Shown piece by piece: positions 37,457 through 47,479 of a DNA stretch of 64,000 bases (its first letter is position 1; each line of letters starts with the position of its first letter). The notes below the pieces were generated by a model. That model had not been told where the DNA came from. It made no database searches and saw only the letters and a program-made list of their open reading frames with translations. The stretch is taken from the NCBI GenBank assembly GCA_964386865.1, contig CAYLUN010000012.1, positions 13,029 to 77,028 of the forward strand, in the 5' to 3' direction. Origin of the DNA: an uncultured Lentisphaeraceae bacterium (lineage in GTDB: Bacteria > Verrucomicrobiota > Kiritimatiellia > RFP12 > UBA1067). Both the position numbers and the translations under genes were made by a program.

Positions 37457-40438
37457 ATGATGAACACGACGCTCATTCGCTGGACAGCGGCATGGGGGAT
37501 GGCGCTGTCCGTCGTCGCCGCTTCGGCGGGCGAGGGCGAGTCACCCTATCCTGCAACGCTCCGTTGGATCTGGTATCCGGAGGGCCAGCCCGCGCACAGT
37601 GCGCCCGTGGGCATACGCTACTTCCGCGCGGCGTTCACGCTCCCCGCCGACGCCGCAGTTACCGCCGCCCAGCTCATCGTCAACGCCGACGACTCCTGTA
37701 CGCCGTTCGTGAATGGCACCCGCCTCCCCGAGAAGGGCGGCGGCTGGACGGACTTCAAGACCTACGACGTGACGCGACTGCTGCGCCCCGGCCGCAACGT
37801 GGCGGCGGTCGAGGTCGAGAACGGCGCGTCCGCCGCTGGCTTCATCGGCTGGATCGCGGTCCGCGCTGGAAAAGAGAAGCGCGTGCTCGCCGTCACCGGC
37901 GGCTCGTGGAAAAGCTCTGACACCTTTAAGCCGACTTGGGAGCAGCCCTCGCACGATGATTCGGCCTGGAAGCCCGCGCTGGAGCTGGGGCCCGCCACCA
38001 TGGCTCCGTGGAGCCCGCGGATGCAGTGCGCCCTCGAACCGATGATGACGCTGACGCGGCGTTCGGCCGACAAGCCCGTCACGCCCGGGCAGGCGCAGGC
38101 GCTGATCGAGGAGGACTGGCTTTTTCAGGCCAGCGACCGCACGACCGCGAGCCGGGCGCGGCGCGAGATCGGCTGGGCACGCGAACTCGCCGCGCGGCTC
38201 TGTGCGCAGACGCGCTCGCTGGATCTCGCCGCGGAGCTGGCTTCCCTCGCCGCGCTCGAACGCCTGCTGAGCGCTCTGCCGCCCGAGCAGGACGACGACG
38301 CCACGCGCGACCTCTATCTGGCGGTGCGGCGCGTGAAGCGCGCGCTCATGCTTCGCAACCCGCTCCTAAACTTCGACCGGCTCCTGCTCGTGGACACGCC
38401 CTCCTACGCGGGCCGGCACGAGTCGGCGCACCGCAACGGCTACAGCTACGGAGCCGCCTCTGGCAGCCGCCTCCTCGTGCTGGAGGGGCTGCGCCCGGAC
38501 GGCGCGGAGCGCGAGCTGGTCTCCGGCGACGAGGGCTACATCATGCGCATGGACCCTTCGTTCGACGCCTTGACGGTCGTGTTCAGCCTCAAGCCGAAAG
38601 GCGAAAAGAGTTTTCACCTCTACGAAATCGGCGTCGACGGCAAGGGCCGCCGCCAGCTGACGAACAGCCTCTACGACGACATGGATCCGATCTACCTGCC
38701 GGACGGGCACCTCCTCTTCTCCACCTCGCGCGGCAACTCCTACGTCCGCTGCCTGCCGCCGTCCGCCTCCACCGTGCTCGCGCGCTGCGAGGCCGACGGC
38801 CGCGCCATCACGATCATCTCGCGTAACAACGAGCCCGACTACACGCCCGCGCTGCTCCCGGACGGCCGCGTGCTCTACACGCGCTGGGAGTACACCGAGC
38901 GCCCGCTGTGGCGCCTGCAGAAGCTCTGGACGATCAACCCCGACGGCACGGGCGAAGCGCTCTACTGGGGCAACGGCAGCGCCTACCCTGACATGCTCTG
39001 GGAGGCGCGCGCCACGCCGGATGGCACGCGCGTGATGTTCGCCGCCGTCGGCCACCACAACGTGCTGACCGGCTGCCTCGGCCTGCTCGACATCGGCCGC
39101 GGCCTGCAGTGGCCGAACGGCATCACGAAGATCACGCAGGAGCTGGCGTGGCCCGAGGTCGGCGAGCCCGAAGGCGGCAGCCCCGCCGCCTCCCCGCGCT
39201 ACCACACCAGCGGCGCGCTGTGGTCCGCGCGCTGCCCCTGCCCGCTCGGGCCAGAGGACTTCCTCGTCTCCGCCGCTCGCACCGACGGGGGCGACTTTGC
39301 GCTCTTCCTGATGGACATCCACGGCAACCGCGAGCTGCTCTACGCCGGCCGCCAGAACGTCTGGTACGCGCAGCCGCTCCGCCCGCGCGCGCGGCCCCCC
39401 GTGCTGCCGGACCGCGTTGCGTGGCCGCTCGCCGACGAGAAGCCGCAGGACGGCGTGCTGTTCAGCCCGAACGTCTACGCCGGCGCCGAGGGCATACCGC
39501 CCGGCGCGGCGAAGTACCTGCGCGTGATCGAGATGGACGCCAAGACCTACAGCATGGGCATCAAGTCGTGGCGCCACTCGGGGCCAGCCGTCTCGGTGAT
39601 CCAGGAGGACGGCGTGAAGCGCATCCTCGGCACCGTGCCGATCCAGCCCGACGGCTCGGTCGCTTTCCAGGTGCCTCCGGGCAAGGCGCTGCACGTCCAG
39701 CTGCTCGACGAGCGCCAGCGCTGCATCCAGATCATGCGCTCCTTCACCGGCGTCATGCCGGGCGAGACGCGCGGCTGCCTCGGCTGCCACGCCTTGCACA
39801 CGGCCACGCCGGACACGCGCGCGAACGCGCTCGCGCTGCGCGCCAAGCCTGCGGCGCTCACGCCGCCGCCGTGGGGTGCGGGAACCAGCGTCAGCTACGA
39901 GCGCTTCTGCCAGCCCGTGCTGGACAAGCACTGCGGCGCGTGCCACCAGGGCGACGGCAAAGGCCGCGCCAAGCTCGACCTGACGCTGCGCGGCGGCGTG
40001 CCGGAGACCGGCGTCGACGACCCGAAGCTCTGGCCCTTCAAAGAGCCCTACCTCACGCTCGTCGGCCAAGCCTGGTCCGGGCCGAAGCCAGAAGGAAAGG
40101 GCGCGGGGCTCGGCCTCGCCGGCTGCCTCAACGTCGAGGTCGGCCACCAGTATGCGGCCATCAAGCCCATGGCCCTGCTCTCCTCCGCCAGCCGGCTCAT
40201 CGAACTTGCGACCAGCGGCAAGCACAACCGCGTGAAGGTCGAGGGCGAAGACCTGCAGCGCCTCATCGCGTGGGTGGACTGCAACTGCGTCTACCGCGGC
40301 GACGAGGAGATTCGGCAGATCCCCGACCCGCCGCCGCAGACCGCCAGGCGCTTCCCGGTTCCCGTCAAGACCCGCACCGCCCCCACCATCGCCAGGCTCC
40401 AGCCCGTGACAGACCCCTCTGCCGGCGACGCCCCATAA
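37457..40438 (+). CDS. Secreted HzsA-like (hydrazine synthase alpha-related) beta-propeller protein with two CxxCH motifs and an N-terminal CBM67-like domain
   Basis: Signal peptide, YDDMDPIYLPDG, DGRVLYTRWEY, LWTINPDGT, KRILGTVP..DGS..F.VP, QLLDE and MRSF; CLGCH at 39776-39790 and CGACH at 39932-39946. Confidence 0.8.
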   Translation: MMNTTLIRWTAAWGMALSVVAASAGEGESPYPATLRWIWYPEGQPAHSAPVGIRYFRAAFTLPADAAVTAAQLIVNADDSCTPFVNGTRLPEKGGGWTDFKTYDVTRLLRPGRNVAAVEVENGASAAGFIGWIAVRAGKEKRVLAVTGGSWKSSDTFKPTWEQPSHDDSAWKPALELGPATMAPWSPRMQCALEPMMTLTRRSADKPVTPGQAQALIEEDWLFQASDRTTASRARREIGWARELAARLCAQTRSLDLAAELASLAALERLLSALPPEQDDDATRDLYLAVRRVKRALMLRNPLLNFDRLLLVDTPSYAGRHESAHRNGYSYGAASGSRLLVLEGLRPDGAERELVSGDEGYIMRMDPSFDALTVVFSLKPKGEKSFHLYEIGVDGKGRRQLTNSLYDDMDPIYLPDGHLLFSTSRGNSYVRCLPPSASTVLARCEADGRAITIISRNNEPDYTPALLPDGRVLYTRWEYTERPLWRLQKLWTINPDGTGEALYWGNGSAYPDMLWEARATPDGTRVMFAAVGHHNVLTGCLGLLDIGRGLQWPNGITKITQELAWPEVGEPEGGSPAASPRYHTSGALWSARCPCPLGPEDFLVSAARTDGGDFALFLMDIHGNRELLYAGRQNVWYAQPLRPRARPPVLPDRVAWPLADEKPQDGVLFSPNVYAGAEGIPPGAAKYLRVIEMDAKTYSMGIKSWRHSGPAVSVIQEDGVKRILGTVPIQPDGSVAFQVPPGKALHVQLLDERQRCIQIMRSFTGVMPGETRGCLGCHALHTATPDTRANALALRAKPAALTPPPWGAGTSVSYERFCQPVLDKHCGACHQGDGKGRAKLDLTLRGGVPETGVDDPKLWPFKEPYLTLVGQAWSGPKPEGKGAGLGLAGCLNVEVGHQYAAIKPMALLSSASRLIELATSGKHNRVKVEGEDLQRLIAWVDCNCVYRGDEEIRQIPDPPPQTARRFPVPVKTRTAPTIARLQPVTDPSAGDAP

Positions 40439-40457
40439 GCGCTGCCGCGCCGCTTAT
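40435..40457. terminator. Hairpin between convergent genes
   Basis: ATAAGCG-9 nt-CGCTTAT spanning the two stop regions; no U-tract. Confidence 0.3.
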
Positions 40458-40460
40458 AGC

Positions 40461-42443
40461 CTAGCCCGCGTGGGCGGCGAGCACGTCCTGCAGCTTCTGG
40501 CCGAGGGCGTTCTTCGTGAACGGCTTCTGGATAAGGTGCAGCCCCGGCTCAAGCACGCCGCAGTGCGCGATCGCGTCGGCGGGATAGCCAGACATGAAGA
40601 GGCACTTGATGCGTGGGCGAACCTCGCCAAGCAGCTGCAGCAGCTCGTGCCCGTCCATGTCCGGCATGATCACGTCTGTGAGCAGCATGTGGATCTCGCC
40701 TGCGTGCTCAGCGGCCACGCGCAGCGCCTCCTGCGGCCCGCCCGCGCAGAGCACGCAATAGCCCAAGGCCTCCAGAAGGCGACGGGCCAGGCGCAGCAAC
40801 GGCGCCTCGTCCTCGACCAACAAGACCGTAACCGAGCCGCCGGGTACGGCGAGCGGCCTGTCCGAGCGAACGCCCGACCCGTCCGTCTCGGCCTGACGCG
40901 GCAGATAGAGCTTGAACGACGTCCCGAGCCCCGACACGCTGTCGACCGCGATCATGCCTCGGTTCTGCTTGACAATGCCGTACACCGTAGCCAAGCCCAA
41001 GCCGGCGCCAACGCCGTCGCCCTTGGCGCTGTAAAACGGCTCGAAGATCCGCGCCTGCTCTTCCCGGCTCAGCACGCGCCCGTTGTCGCGAACCACAAGC
41101 GCCACGTACTCGCCGGGGGCGGCGTCAGGGTGCTCCCGGCAATACCCCTCGTCGACGACCGCCTGCTCCGTCTCGATCATGACTCTGCCTGTGCCCGCGA
41201 TCACTTCACGCGAGTGAACCATGAGATTGGCCAATATCTGATCAAGCTGCGACGGATCCATGCGAACCGGCCACAGCTTGGGGGCGGGCCGCCAGACAAG
41301 CTCGATGTCCTCGCCGATCAGACGCCGGAGCATCTTCAGCATATCCGTGACCGCTTGGTTGAGATCAAGCGTCTTGGGTGTGATCGTCTGCTTCCGGGCA
41401 AACGCCAGCAGCTGGCGGGTCAGGTCGGCCGAGCGCTGCGCCGCCCTCTCGATTTCCTGAAGGTCTTCCACCCGAGAATCGTCCGGCGGCATGTCGCGCA
41501 TCAGCAGCTCGGTCGTGCCGAGTATCGTCTGCAGCATGTTGTTAAAGTCGTGCGCCACCCCGCCCGCGAGCCGCCCAACCGCCTCCAGCTTCTGCGCCTG
41601 AAACAGCTGTCGCTGCAGCTCCCCGTGCTTCGCTTCGGCGGACTTGCGATCCGTGATATTGCGCGACCAGAGCAGCATGCGCTCGACCTTGCCGTCAGCC
41701 CCAAGCAGCGGGCGGCACCGCGCCTCGATCCACAGCCATGAGCCGTCCTTGCAGAGCGCACGGTGCTCGATGTTCGTCGGCTCTCCGCGCAGATTGGCCG
41801 CGCGCGCTCTCTCGACGGCGGGCAGGTCTTCAGGATGCACGCGCTGCCGCCAGTCCACGACCAGAAGTTCGTCGGGCGTCCACCCCGTCACCCGCCAGTA
41901 AGAGGGGCTGAGATAAAGCCGCCGCCCGTCAACATGGTGTATGACCACGATATCGTCCGAACACTCAGCGAGCAGCCGGTAGTGCTCTTCGCTCTCACGA
42001 AGCGCCCGCACGTCCGCCTGCCGGGCGCGGAGCGCGGCTCCATCCCGCAGGCAGCGCGCGATCGCGGAGACCAGCCGGTCCGGCTCCCCCGAAGGCACGA
42101 CATCCCACGCCCCGCACCGCAGCAGCGCCAGCGCGTCGTCGACAGACCTGCTCCCCACCAGCAGAATTACGGGCACCTCGCGGTCCGCCGCCGCCACGGC
42201 TCTGACCACCGCCCCGCCGTCCAAGCTGAGCGCGTCGCAGTCCGCCAGCACCAGATCCCAGCTGCCCTGAACTAACTCGCCCGCCAACTCCGCCACGCCC
42301 GACACGCGCAGGCAGCACGTGCAGATTCCGTGCAGGCCCAGCTGGGCTTCCAGCTTCTGCTGGCCGCTAGCATTCGAGACGACCAGCACGTGGCAAGCTT
42401 CACTCGACTCGTCGTGCTCTTCCGCTGTGTTCTGCGTTTCCAT
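40461..42443 (-). CDS. REC-PAS hybrid histidine kinase with degenerate ATP-binding boxes
   Basis: Degenerate N-terminal REC, PAS_3 (VHPED), AHDFNNML and a C-terminal REC (TDVIMP); N box NLMVHSRE and G1 DNGRVL. Confidence 0.88.
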   Translation of the reverse strand: METQNTAEEHDESSEACHVLVVSNASGQQKLEAQLGLHGICTCCLRVSGVAELAGELVQGSWDLVLADCDALSLDGGAVVRAVAAADREVPVILLVGSRSVDDALALLRCGAWDVVPSGEPDRLVSAIARCLRDGAALRARQADVRALRESEEHYRLLAECSDDIVVIHHVDGRRLYLSPSYWRVTGWTPDELLVVDWRQRVHPEDLPAVERARAANLRGEPTNIEHRALCKDGSWLWIEARCRPLLGADGKVERMLLWSRNITDRKSAEAKHGELQRQLFQAQKLEAVGRLAGGVAHDFNNMLQTILGTTELLMRDMPPDDSRVEDLQEIERAAQRSADLTRQLLAFARKQTITPKTLDLNQAVTDMLKMLRRLIGEDIELVWRPAPKLWPVRMDPSQLDQILANLMVHSREVIAGTGRVMIETEQAVVDEGYCREHPDAAPGEYVALVVRDNGRVLSREEQARIFEPFYSAKGDGVGAGLGLATVYGIVKQNRGMIAVDSVSGLGTSFKLYLPRQAETDGSGVRSDRPLAVPGGSVTVLLVEDEAPLLRLARRLLEALGYCVLCAGGPQEALRVAAEHAGEIHMLLTDVIMPDMDGHELLQLLGEVRPRIKCLFMSGYPADAIAHCGVLEPGLHLIQKPFTKNALGQKLQDVLAAHAG

Positions 42444-42624
42444 GCTGCGCTTTCCTCGAACGGCTGCCTACACAGTCCCGATAGTCAAAACTGTCAATTT
42501 ATAGTGTACATGCGCCGCACCCTGACTGAAAGCGCAAACATATGCGCTGATTCTGCCTGATATTCTGCCCGATTATCGCTATCATGTTTCTCACTTCAGT
42601 CTTGCAAGGAATTCGGGGGAGCCC

Positions 42625-45600
42625 ATGAATCACCTTAGAGCCAGCCTGCCTTTCGTTCTGCTGACCGCAGCCGTTACCCTTGGCGAACCGGCGCCGACCG
42701 ACCTCGAGCGGGGCTTTGTCCAGCCGCCCGACGCCGCCAAGCCCCTGACCTGGTGGCACTGGCTCAACGGCAGCGTCACGAAAGCGGGCGTCACCGCGGA
42801 TCTCGAGTCCATGAAGCGCGCGGGCCTCGGCGGCTGCTACCTCTTCAACTGCGGCGGCAAGTACCCCGAGGGCGACGTGCGCTTCATGCAGCCCAAGTGG
42901 CTGGAGATGATGGACCACACCGTGCGCGAGGCCGAGCGGCTGGGCCTGAAGTTCGGCGTCCACAACTGCGACGGCTTCTCCCAGAGCGGCGGGCCGTGGA
43001 TCAAGCCCGAGACCTCCATGAAGGAGCTGACGTGGAGCGCGGCCGACGCCGAGGGCGGAAAGCCCTTCGACGCCCGCCTCGCTCAGCCGGACATGCAGGA
43101 GGGCTTCTACCGCGACGTCGCCGTGGTCGCCTTCCCGCTCCCCGAGGGCGGGCCGCTTGCGGGCGCGACCCTGTGCGGCACGCTGCCGGCCGCCGAACTG
43201 AAGAAGCTCGCCGACGGCAGCGAGAAGACGCAGGCCGCCTTCCCCGTGCCCGCCGACCAACACGCCATCGATTTCGTTTTCGACAGCCCGCGCGTCGTGC
43301 GCTCCTTGACGATCAGCCATTTCGCGCCCCACCGCTGGGAGGAGGACTTCCCGCTACGCCTCGACGCCTCCGATGACGGCGCCGCGTTCCGCCCCGCCGG
43401 CGAGTTCACGGCCAACTGGGATTTCCGGCAGGGCGGCGGCGCGACGGCGGCCTTCGCGGACACGACCGGACGCGTCTTCCGCGTGACCTTCAAGAATCCG
43501 CTGCCCGTGCAGCTCGGCGAAATCGAGCTGAGCGGCGCCGCCAAAGCCCACTTTGCCGAGGCCAAGGCGGGCCGCATGCGCAGCCGCGGCCACGGCGCCG
43601 AGACGCGCCACCACCGCGCCTTCCCCGGCCCCGACAGCCGCCGGCCGCTGGCGCCCGGCCTCGTCGTCGACCCCGCCGCCGTCTGCGACTTGACCGCCAA
43701 GATGGCGGCCGACGGCTCGCTGAAGTGGGACGTCCCCGCCGGCCGCTGGCGCATCCTGCGCATCGGCTTCACCAGCAACGGCCACTACGTCTCGCCCGCC
43801 ACGCCCGAGGGCCGCGGGCTCGAGTGCGACAAGCTCGACCCCGCCGTCGTGCGCTTCCACCTCGACCAGTACGTCGGCAAATTGCTCGAGCGCTACGGCT
43901 CGGCAGCAGGCAAGACCTTCGCCGCCGTGGAGATCGACAGCTGGGAATGCGGCATTCAGAACTGGACCGCCGGCTTCGAGCGCCGCTTCCGGGAGCGCCT
44001 CGGCTACGACCTGACCCCCTACTGGCCCGCGCTGCTCGAAGGCTGGATCGTCGGCGACGCGGACCGCACCGACCGCCTGCTCTGGGACTGGCGCCGCTTC
44101 CTCGCGGACCAGTTCTCGGCCTGCCACTTCGCCGTCGCGGCCGACTACCTGAAGTCGAAGGGCGTCACCTACGTCGGCGAGTCCACCGGCCGCCAGCAGT
44201 ACCTCTACGACGTCGCCTACATCCGCAACAGTGACGTCACCATGGGCGAGTTCTGGATCGACGCCGGGCCCGGCCAAGGCGTACGCGTCGACAACAAGGT
44301 CGCCTCCTCCATCGCCCACGTCGCGGGCAAGCGCATCGTCGCCTCGGAGTCCTACACCTCCAGCCCCGGCGCGGCGAAGTGGCAGAACCACCCCTACAGC
44401 CTCAAGCCCGAGGGCGACCGCGCCTTCTGCGCCGGCGTGAACCAGTTCGTCTTCCACACCTTCGCGCACCAGCCCTACCCGGCGGTCGGCCCGGGCTTCA
44501 CCTTCTTCTACTGGGGCCTGAACTTCAATCGCGGCAACACGTGGTGGCCCGCCGCCGACGCGTGGATGGCTTACCTCACGCGCTGCAACTTCATGCTGCG
44601 CCAAGGCCAGCAGGTTTGCGACGTGCTCGCGTACGTCGGCGAGGACGTGCCCAACCGCATCGCCTGGCGCGACGAGCTGACGCCCACCCTGCCCGCCGGC
44701 TACGACTTCGACGGCTGTGACGTGACCGCCCTGTTGGAGGCCCGCGTGGAGAACGGCCTGATCGCGCTCCCCTCCGGCGCGACGTACCGCGTGCTGCTGC
44801 TGCCCGACCTGCCGACCATGCGCCCGTCCGTCGCCAAAAAGGTGCTCGCGCTTGCCCAGGCCGGAGCCGCCGTTTTTGTGCCGCGCCGCCCCACCCAGTC
44901 GCCAGCGCTGAGAGACGTCAGCTTGGGTGATCACGACGTGCACGACTGCATGCAAATTCTGTGTAGCGAGAACAGAGGCGGGAGCACGGAACGTCCGCCG
45001 TTTAAAGGGCGCTCCTTCAGCGACACCACCTTCGAGCGGGTCTTCGCCGCCCTCGGCCTCGCGCCCGACTTCGAGACGCGCAAAGCCGCGCCCGACGCCG
45101 ACATCCTCTACGTGCACCGCCGCGACGGGGACGCCGACTTCTATTTCCTCTCGAACCAGCAGAGCCGCCCCGAGTCGTTCGACGCGCTTTTCCGCGTCGC
45201 CGGCAAGGCACCCGAACTTTGGGATCCTGCCACCGGCGCGGTCACGCGGCCCGGCCTGTTCCGCTCCGAGAAAGACGGCCGCACCTGCGTGCCGCTGCGC
45301 CTCGACCCCAACGGCTCGGCCTTCGTCGTGTTCCGCGAGAAGGCACCCGCCCGCCACGCGGTCGCGCTCGAGTTCCCCGACCCCGCCCAGACGGCGTTAT
45401 CCGCCAGCCAGCCGCCGCCCGTCGAGCTGGCGCAGGGCATAGACGGCACGCTGACCGCGACGTTCCTGACGTCCGTCGCATGCACCGTCGTGCGCGAAGA
45501 CGGTCAGCGGACCGCGCTTCAGGCCCCCGCCCTGCCAGCCCCACTCACCCTCGACGGCCCGTGGCAGGTCTCCTTTCCGCCGAACCTCGGCGCGCCGGCC

Positions 45601-46125
45601 GCGGCCGCCTTCGACCGGCTGCTCTCGTGGCCCGACCACGCGGACGCGGGCATCCGCTTCTTCTCCGGCACCGCGACCTACACGAAGTCGTTTGAACTGC
45701 CGCCCACGCTCTTCGGCAAAGACCGCGAACTCCTTCTCGACCTCGGTCGCGTCGAGGTGATCGCGCAGGTCACCCTCAACGGCCAGCCGCTGCCGACGCT
45801 CTGGAAGCCGCCCTTCCGCGTGCGCGTTGACGGCGCCGCCAAGCCCGGCGCGAACGCGCTCGAAGTCCGCATCACGAACCTGTGGCCGAACCGCCTGATC
45901 GGCGACGCGTCGCTGCCGGACGACATCGAGTGGCAGGCCGGAGGCAAGGGCTCGTCGCTGCCCGAGCGTTGGCCCGAGTGGCTGGTCAAGGGCCTGCCAC
46001 GCCCCAGCGGGCGCATCGCCTTCTGCACGCGCAAGGACGTGTACGCCAAGGACGACCCGCTGCTGCCCTCCGGCCTGCTCGGCCCGGTCACGGTCCGTGC
46101 AGCCGAGCGCGTGCCCGTGAAGTGA
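42625..46125 (+). CDS. GH106-family glycoside hydrolase (alpha-L-rhamnosidase-like)
   Basis: F..PP..AKP.TWWHWLNG, DLESMKRAGLGG, SGGPWI, GLECDK, IDSWE, ASESYT, GYDFD, ITNLWPNRLIGD and SGLLGPV. Confidence 0.9.
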   Translation: MNHLRASLPFVLLTAAVTLGEPAPTDLERGFVQPPDAAKPLTWWHWLNGSVTKAGVTADLESMKRAGLGGCYLFNCGGKYPEGDVRFMQPKWLEMMDHTVREAERLGLKFGVHNCDGFSQSGGPWIKPETSMKELTWSAADAEGGKPFDARLAQPDMQEGFYRDVAVVAFPLPEGGPLAGATLCGTLPAAELKKLADGSEKTQAAFPVPADQHAIDFVFDSPRVVRSLTISHFAPHRWEEDFPLRLDASDDGAAFRPAGEFTANWDFRQGGGATAAFADTTGRVFRVTFKNPLPVQLGEIELSGAAKAHFAEAKAGRMRSRGHGAETRHHRAFPGPDSRRPLAPGLVVDPAAVCDLTAKMAADGSLKWDVPAGRWRILRIGFTSNGHYVSPATPEGRGLECDKLDPAVVRFHLDQYVGKLLERYGSAAGKTFAAVEIDSWECGIQNWTAGFERRFRERLGYDLTPYWPALLEGWIVGDADRTDRLLWDWRRFLADQFSACHFAVAADYLKSKGVTYVGESTGRQQYLYDVAYIRNSDVTMGEFWIDAGPGQGVRVDNKVASSIAHVAGKRIVASESYTSSPGAAKWQNHPYSLKPEGDRAFCAGVNQFVFHTFAHQPYPAVGPGFTFFYWGLNFNRGNTWWPAADAWMAYLTRCNFMLRQGQQVCDVLAYVGEDVPNRIAWRDELTPTLPAGYDFDGCDVTALLEARVENGLIALPSGATYRVLLLPDLPTMRPSVAKKVLALAQAGAAVFVPRRPTQSPALRDVSLGDHDVHDCMQILCSENRGGSTERPPFKGRSFSDTTFERVFAALGLAPDFETRKAAPDADILYVHRRDGDADFYFLSNQQSRPESFDALFRVAGKAPELWDPATGAVTRPGLFRSEKDGRTCVPLRLDPNGSAFVVFREKAPARHAVALEFPDPAQTALSASQPPPVELAQGIDGTLTATFLTSVACTVVREDGQRTALQAPALPAPLTLDGPWQVSFPPNLGAPAAAAFDRLLSWPDHADAGIRFFSGTATYTKSFELPPTLFGKDRELLLDLGRVEVIAQVTLNGQPLPTLWKPPFRVRVDGAAKPGANALEVRITNLWPNRLIGDASLPDDIEWQAGGKGSSLPERWPEWLVKGLPRPSGRIAFCTRKDVYAKDDPLLPSGLLGPVTVRAAERVPVK

Positions 46126-46140
46126 ACGCGGCCCGGGCGT

Positions 46141-46590
46141 TCAAGCGTCCCCGCGCCGGCTCTTTGACGCCTTCTTCGCGGGCTTGGTCTGTTCGGCGCC
46201 CGGAAGCGCCAGGCCGGGCATGTCGAGCTTGGGCGCCGCTTTGAGCTGCTCGGCCGCGCCGGAGGCGTTCTCCCAGATCACCTTGTCGCCGTCGAACGCG
46301 GCGGCGTACTCGGTGCCGTTGACGCTGGAACTGGAGGCCTTGACCATCCCGGAGGTCTGGCCGCTGAACACCTCCTCGCCTTTGTACGTCACCGTGGTCT
46401 GGCCGTTTTCCGTTCGAACGCTGATGCTGGAACTGGCCGAGGCGCTGTCGCTCGAACTCGACGACGAGCGATTCTCCGCCGCGCCCTGCTTCGCGGACTT
46501 TGACTGCTTTTGGCCGCCTGTCGCGACCGCCGCGGCGCACATGAGCACAGCCGCCGCCAACGCCCCTTGTTTCATGCCTGCGTGTTTCAT
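46141..46590 (-). CDS. Secreted Ser-rich hypothetical protein
   Basis: AAGGAG RBS, signal peptide, last gene of the ECF operon. Confidence 0.7.
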   Translation of the reverse strand: MKHAGMKQGALAAAVLMCAAAVATGGQKQSKSAKQGAAENRSSSSSSDSASASSSISVRTENGQTTVTYKGEEVFSGQTSGMVKASSSSVNGTEYAAAFDGDKVIWENASGAAEQLKAAPKLDMPGLALPGAEQTKPAKKASKSRRGDA

Positions 46591-46605
46591 TCTTCTCGCT
46601 CCTTC

Positions 46606-47457
46606 CTACCTCTGCTTGTCCGGTTGCTGCGCTTGGCTGGCCGCCTTCAGCGCGTCCTCCACGATCTGACGGATCTTGGCGTCGTCGAGCTTCAGGCTCT
46701 TCACCACCTCAGCCGGGTCGCACCCGCCGTTGTCGACCCCGCCGAACGTGATCACGTTACCGCCCGACCCCGCCCCGCCGCCGCCGCCGGAGCCGAAACT
46801 CCAGTTTGTGGAGAAGTGAAAGATCGAGCCGGACGCGGGGCTTCCCGGCTGCGGCATTGACCCGATGATTTTCTGAACGTCGAGGCTGAAGTCGCCCAGG
46901 TTAATCACCTGCGGGCCATCGCTCTCCCGCTCATCTCGCTCGGCCAGCGTCACGGTCGCCGAAGCCTCCTTGCCCTTACGCCGATAGGTCAGCGTCGCGC
47001 TGTCCCCCGCCTTCTTGGCACGCACCAAGTTGCGCAGCTGGTCTGGATCCATCAGAATCTGGTCGCCGAAGCGGACGAGGATGTCGTGGTTCTGTAGGCC
47101 CGCCTTCGCGGCCGGGCTCTCCGGAACCACGCCGAAGACCGTCAGCCCCACGCCCGGGTCGAGCGAAAGTTGCGCCCGCACCTCGTCGGACGAGGTCTCC
47201 GTCGACACGCCCAGCCACGTCACCTTCGCGGCGCCGCCTGGCGAGTTCCCTTCCTCGACCAAGCCGGCGCCGTCGCGGTCGAAGACCTGCACGCTGGCGC
47301 TTCCATCCTGCTTCCGCGTCTGCACGATCACCTTCACGCTGCTGTTGGTCGTGCTATGGACGCGCACCTGCGCGCTGCCGCCCGCTCCTCCGGCGAGCGC
47401 CGGACCCGCCACGATCGCCGCCAGCGCGGCGTAAAGCCACATGACTCGGCTGTTCAT
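46606..47457 (-). CDS. Secreted single-PDZ-domain protein without a protease domain
   Basis: WLGV...GLTVFGVVPESPAAKAGLQNHDIL...YRRKGK; no trypsin GNSGG motif. Confidence 0.85.
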   Translation of the reverse strand: MNSRVMWLYAALAAIVAGPALAGGAGGSAQVRVHSTTNSSVKVIVQTRKQDGSASVQVFDRDGAGLVEEGNSPGGAAKVTWLGVSTETSSDEVRAQLSLDPGVGLTVFGVVPESPAAKAGLQNHDILVRFGDQILMDPDQLRNLVRAKKAGDSATLTYRRKGKEASATVTLAERDERESDGPQVINLGDFSLDVQKIIGSMPQPGSPASGSIFHFSTNWSFGSGGGGGAGSGGNVITFGGVDNGGCDPAEVVKSLKLDDAKIRQIVEDALKAASQAQQPDKQR

Positions 47458-47479
47458 CTCGCGTTCCTTTATTCCGTTA

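Noticed and set aside
37457-40438. Literal hydrazine synthase (anammox)
   Set aside because: No hzsB/hzsC or other anammox genes nearby; it carries a CBM-like domain in a glycan-degradation context.
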